64,000 nucleotides of DNA from a bacterium (GCA_004562395.1 SFQY01000007.1:13272-77271); one strand, 5' to 3'; counted from the stretch's first letter, positions 38,725 to 49,132 are shown. Notes: generated by a model not told the origin, from the sequence alone. Made by a program: numbers and translations.

Positions 38725-39600
38725 TCACATTCCTTCCTTCAGTCGTGAGGCCAGAGCCCGGCCCAGGGCTTCCGCGTCGCCGGCAGGGCCGGACAGCGCC
38801 CCTTTTCGGATTACCCTTTCGTCGGGGCTGACGTACAGTCCCCGCAGAGTCAGCACCTGATCGTTCAGCTGGGCGAAGGCTGCCACGGGGGAACTGCATC
38901 CGCCGTCCAGCGCCCGGACAAAGGCCCGCTCCGCCAGAGCGCAGCAGGCGCTGCCGGGATCCTGAAAGATTTTCAGGCAGCTTGTATCCATACCCTGCCG
39001 GGTCTGTACCACCAGGATCCCCTGACCGGCAGCGGGGAGGATCTCTTCCGGAGAAAAATACCGGCTGATCCGATGCTCCAGGCCCAGGCGCTTCAGACCG
39101 GCAGCCGCCAGTACCAGGGCGGAATATTCCCCGCTGTCCAACTTGGCCAACCGGGTCTGCACATTGCCCCGGACGGGGGCTGCCGTCATGTGGGGAAACA
39201 GTGCCTTCAGCTGCAGCTGACGTCGGCGGGAGGAACAGCCGATGGGCTTCCCGGGGTCCAACTCCGATTCTCCCTCCGGCAGGACCAGCACGTCCAAAGG
39301 ATCCTCCCGCCGGGAGAAGGCTGCCAGAGGCAGATCCTCCGGCACCTCCATGGGCATGTCCTTCAGAGAATGGACGGTAAAATCCACTCTGTTTTCCCGC
39401 AGAGCCTGATCCAGCTCCCGGACGAACAGCCCTTTTCCTCCGATTTGATCCAGTGTCCGGTTCAGGATCCGGTCACCGGTGGTTTTCATGGTCACCAGCT
39501 CCGTTTCCGCCTCCGGCAGGGCGGCGGAAATGGCATCCATTGCCATCCAGGCCTGAATGACGGCCAGCCGGCTGTCCCGGCTTCCGATTCGGATTTTCAT
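38725..39600 (-). CDS. hemC: Hydroxymethylbilane synthase
   Basis: IGSRDSRLA, GKGLFV, VHSLKD, SSRRR, RGNVQTRL, LDGGC. Confidence 0.95.
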   Translation of the reverse strand: MKIRIGSRDSRLAVIQAWMAMDAISAALPEAETELVTMKTTGDRILNRTLDQIGGKGLFVRELDQALRENRVDFTVHSLKDMPMEVPEDLPLAAFSRREDPLDVLVLPEGESELDPGKPIGCSSRRRQLQLKALFPHMTAAPVRGNVQTRLAKLDSGEYSALVLAAAGLKRLGLEHRISRYFSPEEILPAAGQGILVVQTRQGMDTSCLKIFQDPGSACCALAERAFVRALDGGCSSPVAAFAQLNDQVLTLRGLYVSPDERVIRKGALSGPAGDAEALGRALASRLKEGM

Positions 39601-41015
39601 TTCAATTCCTCCAATACCCGGCGGATCTCCCTGGCCGCCCGGGCGGTTTTGTGGTGATCCTTGCCTGAGGATACCACACCCGCGATCAGGTCTTCCCCGG
39701 CACAGACGGCGGGGAAATAAAAGGTACACTCCGCCTCGCAGTCCGCTACGGACACCGGAATTCCCAGACGCCGGGCCTCTTCCCAGACCTGGTGGTTTAC
39801 CTGTCGGTCCGCCGTGGCGGCTATGGCCAGGAAAGCGCCCTCCAGATCTCCGGGACGGTAGGGTCTGGGGATCCAGTCCAGCCCTTCGGCACGGCAGCTT
39901 AGCTCCGGTGCCACCACGGTGATCCGGCAGCCGAACATCCGCAGAGTGCCGATCCGCCGGGAAGCGATGTTCCCGCCGCCGATCAGCACCACCCGTTTGT
40001 CCGTCAGATCCACAAACAGAGGGAATCGGGGTGGCCTGTCCGGAGCAGCCTGCCGCCGCTGCCACTGGAGGAACCGTTCCAGCTCCTCCCGGGCAATGGT
40101 CTCCATGGCCGCCAACTCTTCAGGACTTCCGGGGCCGCCGGTACCCAAAGAATCCGTATCATAGCAGCGCATCCGGTCTTTACAGGCGGGGTCAATGTCT
40201 CTGGGGACCGCCAGATCCACCGCAACCTTCGGCGGATGAACCACGGTTTGAAGCTGCTGCGCCGTCAGAACATAATGGGGACTGGAGGTGGCGCTGACCA
40301 GGGCGTCCATATCCTCCAGGGCGGCGATCCGGTCCTCAAAGGCCACGGCCCGGCATCCGGCGGGAACCACCGATTCTCCGTGGCGGTAGGTACGCAGGGT
40401 CACGCTGACCTGGGCACCGGCCTGATGCAGAAGCTGGGCGGCCAGACGGCCCATCTGGCCGTTGCCCACCACCAGGATCCGCCTGCCCTCCAGAGTCCCC
40501 AGTTCCTCAGTCAGGATCTCCAGACACCGTTTTCCCATGGAGGGGGAACCGTGGGTCACGGAAACCTCCGTTCTGGCCCGCTTTCCGGCGGTCACCGCCT
40601 GACGGAACAGAGCGGACAGAGTGGGACCGGCGGTCTGGACCTCCCGGGCCAGCTCCATGGCCAGCCGCACCTGGGTGACGATCTGATCCTCTCCCAGAAT
40701 CTGAGAGTGGAGCCCACAGGCCACCTCCATCAGGTGAGCCGCGGCGTCCCGGCCACAGCGAGTGATAAAATAGGGCTCCATGGTTTCCTCCGGAACCCCC
40801 GCCCCACGGCACAGCAGCCGCCAGGGCGTTTCCGCCTCGCCGCAGAGGTACAGCTCCGTCCGGTTGCAGGTGGACAGCAGCACACAGCCCTCCACCCCGG
40901 GCTGCTTCCGGAGCCATTTCAGCAGGTCCTCCGCCTGCTGCCGGGAAAAAGCCAGCTTCTCCCGCAGCGCCAGGGAGGCCCGGTGGCAGTCCAGACCGGA
41001 CATTGTCAGATTCAT
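39597..41015 (-). CDS. hemA: Glutamyl-tRNA reductase fused to a precorrin-2 dehydrogenase (SirC/CysG-N) domain
   Basis: STCNRTE, GEDQI, GNGQMG, DLAVPRD; C-terminal FPLFVDL...GGGNIASRR...VAD..CTFYFPA. Confidence 0.9.
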   Translation of the reverse strand: MNLTMSGLDCHRASLALREKLAFSRQQAEDLLKWLRKQPGVEGCVLLSTCNRTELYLCGEAETPWRLLCRGAGVPEETMEPYFITRCGRDAAAHLMEVACGLHSQILGEDQIVTQVRLAMELAREVQTAGPTLSALFRQAVTAGKRARTEVSVTHGSPSMGKRCLEILTEELGTLEGRRILVVGNGQMGRLAAQLLHQAGAQVSVTLRTYRHGESVVPAGCRAVAFEDRIAALEDMDALVSATSSPHYVLTAQQLQTVVHPPKVAVDLAVPRDIDPACKDRMRCYDTDSLGTGGPGSPEELAAMETIAREELERFLQWQRRQAAPDRPPRFPLFVDLTDKRVVLIGGGNIASRRIGTLRMFGCRITVVAPELSCRAEGLDWIPRPYRPGDLEGAFLAIAATADRQVNHQVWEEARRLGIPVSVADCEAECTFYFPAVCAGEDLIAGVVSSGKDHHKTARAAREIRRVLEELK

Positions 41016-42460
41016 GATTTTCCTCCTTTGGTGATGACCAGGGAAAAATAGCCGGAAGGCTCTTTCAGGTCCGCAAACCGGGGATAGACCCGCTCGTTTT
41101 TCATGCCGCAGTTTTCCACCATGGCCGCGTCTTCCAACAGTCCCCGTTGGGCCAGCGCTTGCTGCAATTCCAGAATGGACCGCCCGGCTTTCATAAATAC
41201 CTTGTTCGCCGGAACGTCCATCAGCGCCTCCTGGTCGTGGGAGGCGGGGATTACCAGCAGAGGCTCCCGGCCCAGGCAGAGGGGGCGGTTCAGCCGGGCG
41301 GCTGCCGCGCAGAAGGAGGGAACCCCGGGGACCACTTCTACCGGGTAGCCCCGGCGCAGCACCTTTTCATGCACATACATATAGGTGGAGTAGACTCCGG
41401 GATCGCCCAGAGTCAGAAAGGCCACCTGTTTGCCATCGTCCAGAAGGGCGCAGATCTGTTCCGCCGCTTCCTCATGGGCGGCGGCCATGACGGCCTTGTC
41501 CCGGACCATGGGCATCTGGACAAAGCGCACATCCTTCCCGGCAATATGGTCTTTGGCAATGTTCCAGGCGGTGTTGTCCGCACCGGGAGCGTCGGGTACC
41601 AGAACCACATCCGCTTCCTTCATAACCCGAATCGCCTTCAGGGTCAGCAGTTCCGGATCCCCGGGCCCCACGCCCACGCCCCAGAGCCTGCCCCGGACGG
41701 TTAGAACCTCCGCTGCTGCGGCACAGTGGGCCGTGAACAGCTTCCGGATCCCGGCACACTGCCCCAGCCCCTGCTGATGGCAGGTAACCCGGTATCCCTC
41801 TGCTCTGAGCCTTTCCGCCCAGAGTTCCATATCCCGGTGCGCGTGGCATCCGGGGGTCAGCAGGAAGGGAGATACCAGGAGCTTTCGGATCTCCGGCTTG
41901 TGGGGCAGCTGCTCCAGAACGGATTCCAGAGAGGGCTGGCCGTTCATCACGGCAAAATACACATTGTCCCGGCGGCCCTGCAGCGCCTGGGCCATCCGCA
42001 GATAATCGGCATTGTCGGAACCGGACCTGCCGTGGCCCATAAGAAGCAGGGCCTCTCCGTCTTCCGGAGCGGGAAGCCATTCCAGCAGAGCCTCCGCCGC
42101 ATCGGAAATGTCACGCTCCGATCCCAGCAGGGGAGCCCCCACCGAGATCCGCAGCCGAGAGCGGAAGGCATCCACCTCCGCGCACAGCTTTTCGTATTCG
42201 ATGCCCCGGGATATGAACAGGGGCTGCACCGCCACATGGGTAAAGCCCTCCGCTGCCAGACCGTCCAGGGCCTGGACCGGGTCCTGCGCCAGAATGCCCT
42301 GCTGACGCAGAGTTTGGAGGACTGTTTCACCGGTATAGGCCCGGCGGATCTCCCAGCCAGGAAAGGCCTCCGCCAGAGTGCGTTCCAGGACGGCAACGGA
42401 CTGCTCCAGAGCGCCGGGATAGGCGGTACCGAAGGAAACGGCCAGAATCGCTTTTTTCAT
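41012..42460 (-). CDS. cbiK: Cobalt chelatase CbiK fused to cobalt-precorrin-2 C20-methyltransferase CbiL
   Basis: N-terminal KAILAVSFGT, MGHG, GCHA; C-terminal GVGPGDPELLT, LTLGDP..YST, VPGVPS. Confidence 0.88.
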   Translation of the reverse strand: MKKAILAVSFGTAYPGALEQSVAVLERTLAEAFPGWEIRRAYTGETVLQTLRQQGILAQDPVQALDGLAAEGFTHVAVQPLFISRGIEYEKLCAEVDAFRSRLRISVGAPLLGSERDISDAAEALLEWLPAPEDGEALLLMGHGRSGSDNADYLRMAQALQGRRDNVYFAVMNGQPSLESVLEQLPHKPEIRKLLVSPFLLTPGCHAHRDMELWAERLRAEGYRVTCHQQGLGQCAGIRKLFTAHCAAAAEVLTVRGRLWGVGVGPGDPELLTLKAIRVMKEADVVLVPDAPGADNTAWNIAKDHIAGKDVRFVQMPMVRDKAVMAAAHEEAAEQICALLDDGKQVAFLTLGDPGVYSTYMYVHEKVLRRGYPVEVVPGVPSFCAAAARLNRPLCLGREPLLVIPASHDQEALMDVPANKVFMKAGRSILELQQALAQRGLLEDAAMVENCGMKNERVYPRFADLKEPSGYFSLVITKGGKS

Positions 42461-42463
42461 AGT

Positions 42464-43102
42464 CTACTCCCTTTCGTTCCGGGACGCCGTGTACAGCAGC
42501 GCGTTGCAGATAGCAGCGGCTACATTGCTGCCGCCCTTACGGCCCCGGGCCACGATCCAGGGACAGTCCATTTCCATGGTCAGTTCCTTTGCCTCCACCA
42601 CATTGACAAAGCCCACCGGCACGCCGATGATCAGGGAAGGAGCGGGCAGAGTGCCTGCCTGCCACAGCTCGTACAGCCGCACCAGAGCTGTGGGGGCGTT
42701 CCCGATGGCGTAGATCAGGGGTTTGCCAAGAGCCGCGGCCCGCTCCATGCTTACCGACGCCCGGGTAACGCCCAGGGCCTTTGCCTGCGCGGCCACCTCC
42801 GGATCGGCAATGAAATTGTGGATCTGCCCGCCGAATTTGGCCAGAACCCGCTTGTTGATGCCGGACATGGCCATGGTGGTATCGGTCACGATATCCGTGC
42901 CCCGGCGAAGGGCGTCCACCCCCAGCTCCACGGCTTTGGGGGAAAAGCAGAGATTTTCCGCGTAATCGAAATCGGCGGTGGTGTGAATGGCCCGCAGGAT
43001 CACCGCCTCATTTTCCGGAGGCAGGGGGACCTTCAGCTCCGAGCGGATGATCTCCATGCTCCGCACTTCGATCTGCGACGGCTCTACACGCTGTAATTGC
43101 AT
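42464..43102 (-). CDS. cbiC: Precorrin-8X methylmutase
   Basis: IEVRSMEII, RAIHTTAD, GNAPTAL, PVGFV, GRKGGSNVAAA. Confidence 0.93.
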   Translation of the reverse strand: MQLQRVEPSQIEVRSMEIIRSELKVPLPPENEAVILRAIHTTADFDYAENLCFSPKAVELGVDALRRGTDIVTDTTMAMSGINKRVLAKFGGQIHNFIADPEVAAQAKALGVTRASVSMERAAALGKPLIYAIGNAPTALVRLYELWQAGTLPAPSLIIGVPVGFVNVVEAKELTMEMDCPWIVARGRKGGSNVAAAICNALLYTASRNERE

Positions 43103-43261
43103 TTGTTTCTCTCCTTCCGGGATTTGCTCCCGATGGTCTGCCGGACCGGATGGACCGGCGGGCAGACAAAAAATAAGCAGCCTGATGGCTGCCCAATAAA
43201 AGGGCAAGACTGCCCGTTTATCCAGGGACTGATCACCGCAGCCTTGGTCAAAAAAACGTGT

Positions 43262-43440
43262 GAGCAGGTATCCTGGCTTCAGATCTTCGCTTGGCGCGCC
43301 TTCTCAGGCGGATACCGCCCAATGGCCTGTGCGCTTCGCTCCCTGTAACAGTGACGGGTTCGCTTCGGACTTGCACCGAATTCCCTGCAGGGCATCTCAA
43401 AAAATTCTCCTTTGCGGTGCGGGCGGAGTGTTTGCTCTGC
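43262..43440 (-). ncRNA. Cobalamin (B12) riboswitch
   Basis: Minus strand: AGGGAATTCGGTGCAAGTCCGAAGCGAACCCGTCACTGT...GCCATTGGG...TGAGAAGG...AAGCCAGGATACCTGC, then a hairpin with U-tract before cbiC; 5' boundary approximate. Confidence 0.9.
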
Positions 43441-43642
43441 CCGTCAGAAAATTCCCGGATGGGGCCTGTATTCCGTGAAGGAACTCACACGGTATTCCGT
43501 TCTTCTATAGTGTATATCCTTTTTTGCGGGATGTCAATGCTTTTCCGGGCTGGGAAAAGAGGAAGAAGCATCCGCCGCCGGCGGATGCTTCCAGGGTACA
43601 ATGAAATATAATGTGCATATCGGTTATCCTCAGCTGCCCGAT

Positions 43643-43840
43643 AAATTGGTGTTTGACAGGGGCGTTTCGTAGGGCGGGGTCATGACCCCGCCGACCCGCC
43701 GCGAGTTTCCGATCGGTTGGTTGAACGGAAAATGGCTCGTTCATACCGTAGGGCTTATGGCTATCCCCGGGCATAAATCGGAACCTGGTCGGCGGGGTCA
43801 TGACCCCCGCCCTACGAAACATCCCTGCAAACACCAATTG
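43643..43840. repeat. REPIN-like element, family C, second copy
   Basis: Inverted GTAGGGCGGGGTCATGACCCCGCC pair inside AAATTGGTGTTT/AAACACCAATT ends. Confidence 0.85.
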
Positions 43841-43917
43841 ATTGAGCCGCTGAGCAAAGATGATAAGCACATTTAAAAACATCCCCGAAGGGGATACCAC
43901 ATCTTATATCTCATATC

Positions 43918-46164
43918 TTATATCTTATATCTGCGTTCCGACTCCCAGCCCAGGACCGCTGCCCGGAGTCCCTCCAGATCCAGAACGCCCAGGGCAAAGC
44001 CTTTTTTCACCAGCTCCTCCGGCAGGTACTCGTCATACTTGTCAAACAGGGGCAGCTCCTTGGGGTAGACCAGTTCCATGGGATCCATGGGCTTGCGGAT
44101 CTCCTCGGCCACGATCCGGAAAAAGGCTTCCGCGTCCACCTTCATGGTAAACTGCATGTAGTAGGGCCGGGCGGAGTCAAAATTCCGCAGCCCCAGCCGG
44201 TCCGCGCATTTGATCTTCAGAAAGCGCTCCATGGCCAGGAAGGCATAGGTTCCCACCCAGGGAAGCAGACACCACATATTGCCTCCCAGATGGATCAGGG
44301 GCTTTTCTCCCGCCCCGGAATGGGCGGCGGTATAGCGGGCCTGCTCCAGCCGGGCCACGGCGTTTTTCATCAGGTAGGGATATTGCCTGTCCTCCCGGAG
44401 GACCCGGCGCATCCGGGCGAGAATTTTGGTGTGGAGGTCCCCGGGACACTGGCCGAAGTAGGCGGGAATGCTGCCCTTTACCTGCTCACAGTATACCAGA
44501 TGCCGCTTGTGGTCCACATCCAGCACCAGCCACACATGACCGGCGATGGCCAGCTTTTCTCCCACAGGAGGCGGCAGCACCACGGTGCCCAGCTCCTGGG
44601 CCTCGCAGCGGACGGTGTATTCCTCGTTTTCCTGAAACACTCCGTAGAACTTGAAGGAATTTACCACCCGTTCTCCCGCCAGACCTACGATCAGACCGCC
44701 CTGCTCCGTCTGCTGGATGTGGTCCGTGCGGATCAGGTGGCGCAGAAGCACCTTGAAGTCCTCCTGACAGATCCGGTGAAAATAGCTCAGCCGCAGCACC
44801 CGGTCCGCCAGAGCCCGGGGGGATAGCTCTCCGCAGGAGGCCAGGGTGGACATGGTCTGGTGATAGAGCAGGCTGAAGGGAAGCCGGTCCAGCCGGGGCG
44901 GCTCCACCCAGCGTTCCTCCAGATAGAGCTGGATCAGGGCGATGCCCTGCAGCAGCTTCCAGGGAATGGTGGAGGGCAGCATGGCCCGGATCTCCGGCTC
45001 GTCCTCCCGGATGACAAACCACATTTCCGGCGGAAGCTCCCGCCGTCCGGTGCGGCCCATGCGCTGCAGAAAGGAGGACACCGTCCAGGGGGCGTCGATC
45101 TGAAAGGCCCGTTCCAGACGGCCGATGTCGATGCCCAGCTCCAGCGTGGCGGTGGTCACGGTGGTCATATACTGGGAATCGTCCTTCATGATCTGCTCCG
45201 CCGTTTCCCGGTAGGAGGCGGAGAGGTTGCCGTGGTGGATCAGGAACCGGTCCGGCTCGTGCATGCGTTCGCAGTACTGCCGCAGGGTGGTGGTAACGGT
45301 CTCGCATTCCTCCCGGGAGTTGACGAAGACCAGGCATTTCTTCCCCCGGGTATGCTCAAAAATGTAGCCGATGCCGGGATCCGCGTTTTCCGGGGCCTGG
45401 TCGGTTTTTTCCTCCAGCACCGGCAGGGCCTCGATGTCGGTCCGGTCCTCGGCGGCCTGGGTGTTTTTGACATAGAAATGCTCCATGCTCAGCCGCCAGC
45501 GGCTCCCCTTGGCCTCGATCTTCGGGATGATGGTCCTGCGTCCGGTGCCCAGGGACAGAAATTCCCCGGTCTTTTCCGGATCGCCGATGGTGGCGGACAG
45601 CCCGATGCGGCGGGGGTTGACCCCGGCCAGCCGGGACAGCCGCTCGATGAGGCACAGGGTCTGCCCGCCCCGGTCACCCCGGAGCAGGGAGTGGACCTCG
45701 TCGATGACCACAAACCGCAGATCGCCGAAGAGCTTGGGGATGGCGGCGTGCTTGTGCAGCAGCATGGCCTCCAGGGATTCCGGTGTGATCTGCAGGATCC
45801 CGCTGGGATGCTTCATGAGCTTGCTCTTGTGACTCTGAGCTACGTCGCCATGCCAGTGCCAGACCGAAATGTCGGCCTCGGCGCACAGGTCGTTGAGACG
45901 GGAAAACTGGTCGTTGATCAGCGCCTTCAGGGGGCCGATATAGATACAGCCCACGCTCCTGGGCATATCCTCGGAAAACAGGGTGATGATGGGGAAAAAG
46001 GCGGCCTCCGTCTTGCCGGAAGCGGTGGAGGCGGTCAGCAGCACATTGTCATCGGTGTTGAAAATCGCTTCCCCGGCGGCCACCTGAATCGCCCGGAGGT
46101 TTTCCCAGCGGTTGCGGTAGATATACTCCTGCACAAAGGGGGCAAAACGGTCAAATATGTGCAT
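43918..46164 (-). CDS. Lhr-like DEAH helicase (Shango SngC-like)
   Basis: TASGKTEA, PLKALIND, TPESLE, DEVH, LSAT, TLELGIDIG, QRMGRTGR. Confidence 0.88.
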   Translation of the reverse strand: MHIFDRFAPFVQEYIYRNRWENLRAIQVAAGEAIFNTDDNVLLTASTASGKTEAAFFPIITLFSEDMPRSVGCIYIGPLKALINDQFSRLNDLCAEADISVWHWHGDVAQSHKSKLMKHPSGILQITPESLEAMLLHKHAAIPKLFGDLRFVVIDEVHSLLRGDRGGQTLCLIERLSRLAGVNPRRIGLSATIGDPEKTGEFLSLGTGRRTIIPKIEAKGSRWRLSMEHFYVKNTQAAEDRTDIEALPVLEEKTDQAPENADPGIGYIFEHTRGKKCLVFVNSREECETVTTTLRQYCERMHEPDRFLIHHGNLSASYRETAEQIMKDDSQYMTTVTTATLELGIDIGRLERAFQIDAPWTVSSFLQRMGRTGRRELPPEMWFVIREDEPEIRAMLPSTIPWKLLQGIALIQLYLEERWVEPPRLDRLPFSLLYHQTMSTLASCGELSPRALADRVLRLSYFHRICQEDFKVLLRHLIRTDHIQQTEQGGLIVGLAGERVVNSFKFYGVFQENEEYTVRCEAQELGTVVLPPPVGEKLAIAGHVWLVLDVDHKRHLVYCEQVKGSIPAYFGQCPGDLHTKILARMRRVLREDRQYPYLMKNAVARLEQARYTAAHSGAGEKPLIHLGGNMWCLLPWVGTYAFLAMERFLKIKCADRLGLRNFDSARPYYMQFTMKVDAEAFFRIVAEEIRKPMDPMELVYPKELPLFDKYDEYLPEELVKKGFALGVLDLEGLRAAVLGWESERRYKI

Positions 46165-46174
46165 AGGTTCCCTC

Positions 46175-47488
46175 TTACAATTCAAATTCCGCGAAGGAAG
46201 CGTCCGCCGCTTCCTCCTGCACCGCGTTCTGGGCGTAGGTGAAGTCCTGGGAGCCCAGCAGAGCCCGGACCTTGACCTCCGGATTCTGATAGACGATGTC
46301 CAGAACCTCGATGAAGTCCCGGATGACCTCCCGGGGGGTGATATGGGCGTCCGCGCCGATGCGCCCGAATTCAATTTCGATAAAGTCCACCATATCGGGC
46401 TGGGTGACGATCTGGGGGTATTCATACAGTCCCGCGTGGATGTCCGCCAGCTTTTCGATGAGGATCAGCATTTCCTCGTGGGTCAGGGGCTGAAGCCGGA
46501 TCACCGGGGACAGCAGGTCCTTGTGCCCACCGGCAAAGTGCCCCTCGGCCAGCCGGGAGCGGAGGGCCTCATAGCTGAAGACGCCCCGGCGGGGATCCTC
46601 CATGCACTGGGGAGTGCCGCACATGATGATGCCCAGATGCCGGGCCTTGCCCTGCATGGTGTCGTTGTACATGGTGAGGATTTTTTCGTAGTTATACTGC
46701 CGGGTGATGGCGTTGGGGATCTTGTAGATATTCACCAGCTCGTCGATGAGGATCAGCATACCCGCGTAGCCCGCCTGGTTCAGGAAGCAGGCGAATAGCT
46801 TCAGGTATTCGTACCAGTCGTCATCCGTGATGACGATGGTCACCCCCAGCTCCTGCCGGGCCTCTGTTTTGGTGGCGTATTCTCCCCGGAACCATTTGAG
46901 AACCTTGGCCTTGGTCTCGTCGTCGCCGGAGACATAGGCCCGGTAATACAGGGTCAGCAGCCGGGTGAAGTCGAAGCCGTGGACCATTTCGTTCAGGGAG
47001 CCGATGACGGCGGAGATCTTCTTTTCCACCAGAGGCGGGAGCCGGGGGTCGGTGACGCTGAGATCACCGGAGGCCATGACCTCCTGCTGTACGTTGCTGA
47101 TCCAGCGGTCCAGGATCAGCGGCAGGGCGCCGCCCTCGGGCTTTGTCTTGGTGGACATGTTGCGGATCAGTTCCTTGTAGGTGGCCAGGCCCTGGCCACG
47201 GGTACCCTGGAGCCGGCGCTCCGGGGAGAGATCCGCGTCCACCACCACGAAATTCTTCGCCATTACATAGTTGCGGATGGTCTGCAGCAGAAAGCTTTTG
47301 CCGCTGCCGTACTTGCCGACGATGAAACGGAAGGAAGCGCCTCCGTCGGCGATGATCTCCACATCGTGAAGCAGGGCGTCGATCTCCGCCTTGCGGCCTA
47401 CGGTGATGTAGGGCAGTCCCACTCTGGGAACGACGCCGCCCTTCAGGGAATTGATCAGGGTTTGGGCGATTCTTCTGGGTATTTTCAT
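46175..47488 (-). CDS. P-loop ATPase DUF2791/BrxD-like (Shango SngB-like)
   Basis: SLKGGVVPRVGL, GKYGSGKS, LSPERRL, LILIDE, YEALRSRL. Confidence 0.88.
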   Translation of the reverse strand: MKIPRRIAQTLINSLKGGVVPRVGLPYITVGRKAEIDALLHDVEIIADGGASFRFIVGKYGSGKSFLLQTIRNYVMAKNFVVVDADLSPERRLQGTRGQGLATYKELIRNMSTKTKPEGGALPLILDRWISNVQQEVMASGDLSVTDPRLPPLVEKKISAVIGSLNEMVHGFDFTRLLTLYYRAYVSGDDETKAKVLKWFRGEYATKTEARQELGVTIVITDDDWYEYLKLFACFLNQAGYAGMLILIDELVNIYKIPNAITRQYNYEKILTMYNDTMQGKARHLGIIMCGTPQCMEDPRRGVFSYEALRSRLAEGHFAGGHKDLLSPVIRLQPLTHEEMLILIEKLADIHAGLYEYPQIVTQPDMVDFIEIEFGRIGADAHITPREVIRDFIEVLDIVYQNPEVKVRALLGSQDFTYAQNAVQEEAADASFAEFEL

Positions 47489-48939
47489 GGCAGCACCATC
47501 TCTTTCAGGTCGTCGATATAGTCTTCCACCGGTTGGGGCAGGTCATCCGGAAGCAGCACGGAATCCCCAAAGGTGTCGTAAAGCTTTTCGTTGATGCCGT
47601 CTACCAGCACCGACAGCAGGTATCCCTCCTTACGGACCCAGCCCACGTCCCCGCCGTAAAGCAGGCACTGCAGCAGGCGGTATTCCGCCGGACTCAGGGG
47701 AGAATCCATAGGAGGAGCTTCGGCGGGAGCGGCTGCGCTCGGCTCCGGTTCCCGGGCAGCTTCCTCTGCCGGGATTTCAAGTTCTTCCTCCACCGTCAGC
47801 TTGTCCCGGGTGGCAGCGGCATCCTGCCGGATTCTGGCCAGCTGGGAATAGTCAATGTGAATTTTTTTCGCCTCCGCGGCCTTTTTCTCCGCCAGAAGCC
47901 CCTGAACCTCCTCCCGGATGATCCGGAGGATCCACTTGGTATCCAGCTCCGGTTTCACGGGGTAGCGGTAGGCGTATTCCTGACGCATGACGGAATCTAT
48001 GGTTTTTATCAGGTCGTTCAGCTTCTCACTGGCCAGGGAAGAACTGCTGTGCATCCGCACGGTCCAGAAACCGTTTTTGCAGTGGTATACACACCGTTCG
48101 TCCAGGACAAATTCGAACTCCCCGGTTTTGCGCTGATCCAGAAAGACGGCGGAGAGAAACAGGCTGACCGGATACTCCTGAATGCTGCCGAAATACTGCT
48201 CCACCATGGTTTTTTTGCAGCGGGAGGCATAATGCTCCGAGATCCGGCGAAGCACCCGGGAGATCACAGCGTCAAAGTCGTCAGAATGCTCCGGGTAGAA
48301 TTTGGATCGCTCCAGCCACTTGGGGCTGAACTGCTTTACCGCCCAGACGACCTTGGAATCCTCCTGCTGCCGGATGTTGTCCAGCACAGTGATGCTCCTG
48401 TCAAAAATCACCTGACGGCTGTTTGCCAGAAAGTTCGGATCCAGCCTGTAATAGACCACATAATCCACAAGCCATTGGGACAGATAGGGGAGGATCTTTT
48501 CGTCCAGCTGGCCGTAGGCGTCCTGAAAGTACAGAAGCTTCCGATAGCCGTCCAGGGGATCCGCCGTGCCGATCTGGTTGAGCAGCTCATAAATATAGAG
48601 AAAGGCGAAGGACAGGGAGGTTTTGCGGACATCTCCTTTGCGCAGCTTTGTACGCCAGGAAAAGTATCCCCGAAGCTCCTGGTCCGTGAGGGCCTGGTAG
48701 GTGGGAAAATAGCGCACAACATTGCCGTCGAAGGCATAGTCATCTTCATAGTTGGCCAGAAGCTTGGCCTGTTTTACGAAAATGGATTCCCGGGACTGCC
48801 AGGTTTTTCCCGGGGCGTTTTCCAGAGAGCGGGCGGCACGGATCGCGGACGGCATACGCTCCGTGCTGCGTTCCGGACGGGGCTGGATGACCTCATCCCG
48901 GAAGACGTTGCTGTAAAACCAGTCCGCGGCTTTTCTCAT
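47485..48939 (-). CDS. TerB-N/TerB-C domain protein (Shango SngA-like); start uncertain
   Basis: YFPTYQAL...GYFSWR, FLYIYELLN, C-terminal VDGINEKLYDTFGD; overlaps the ATPase start. Confidence 0.82.
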   Translation of the reverse strand: MRKAADWFYSNVFRDEVIQPRPERSTERMPSAIRAARSLENAPGKTWQSRESIFVKQAKLLANYEDDYAFDGNVVRYFPTYQALTDQELRGYFSWRTKLRKGDVRKTSLSFAFLYIYELLNQIGTADPLDGYRKLLYFQDAYGQLDEKILPYLSQWLVDYVVYYRLDPNFLANSRQVIFDRSITVLDNIRQQEDSKVVWAVKQFSPKWLERSKFYPEHSDDFDAVISRVLRRISEHYASRCKKTMVEQYFGSIQEYPVSLFLSAVFLDQRKTGEFEFVLDERCVYHCKNGFWTVRMHSSSSLASEKLNDLIKTIDSVMRQEYAYRYPVKPELDTKWILRIIREEVQGLLAEKKAAEAKKIHIDYSQLARIRQDAAATRDKLTVEEELEIPAEEAAREPEPSAAAPAEAPPMDSPLSPAEYRLLQCLLYGGDVGWVRKEGYLLSVLVDGINEKLYDTFGDSVLLPDDLPQPVEDYIDDLKEMVLP

Positions 48940-49132
48940 CCTGTTCGTATCCGTAACGGGGCCACCTCCTTCGGTCAAATGTTTGAGATTATTATATACC
49001 AGAAGGGCGGGCCAGTCAAGGGAACACCGCAAAAATCGGATGAACAGCGCCTTTTTTCTCCGGAGGCTTCGGTTCCCCGCAAAAAATCCCCATGGAGAGC
49101 AGCTACATCTGCCCTTCATGGGGACTGGGACG

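Noticed and set aside
46175..47488. BREX system suggested by the BrxD-like ATPase
   Set aside because: No pglX, pglZ or brxC; the TerB plus Lhr context fits Shango.
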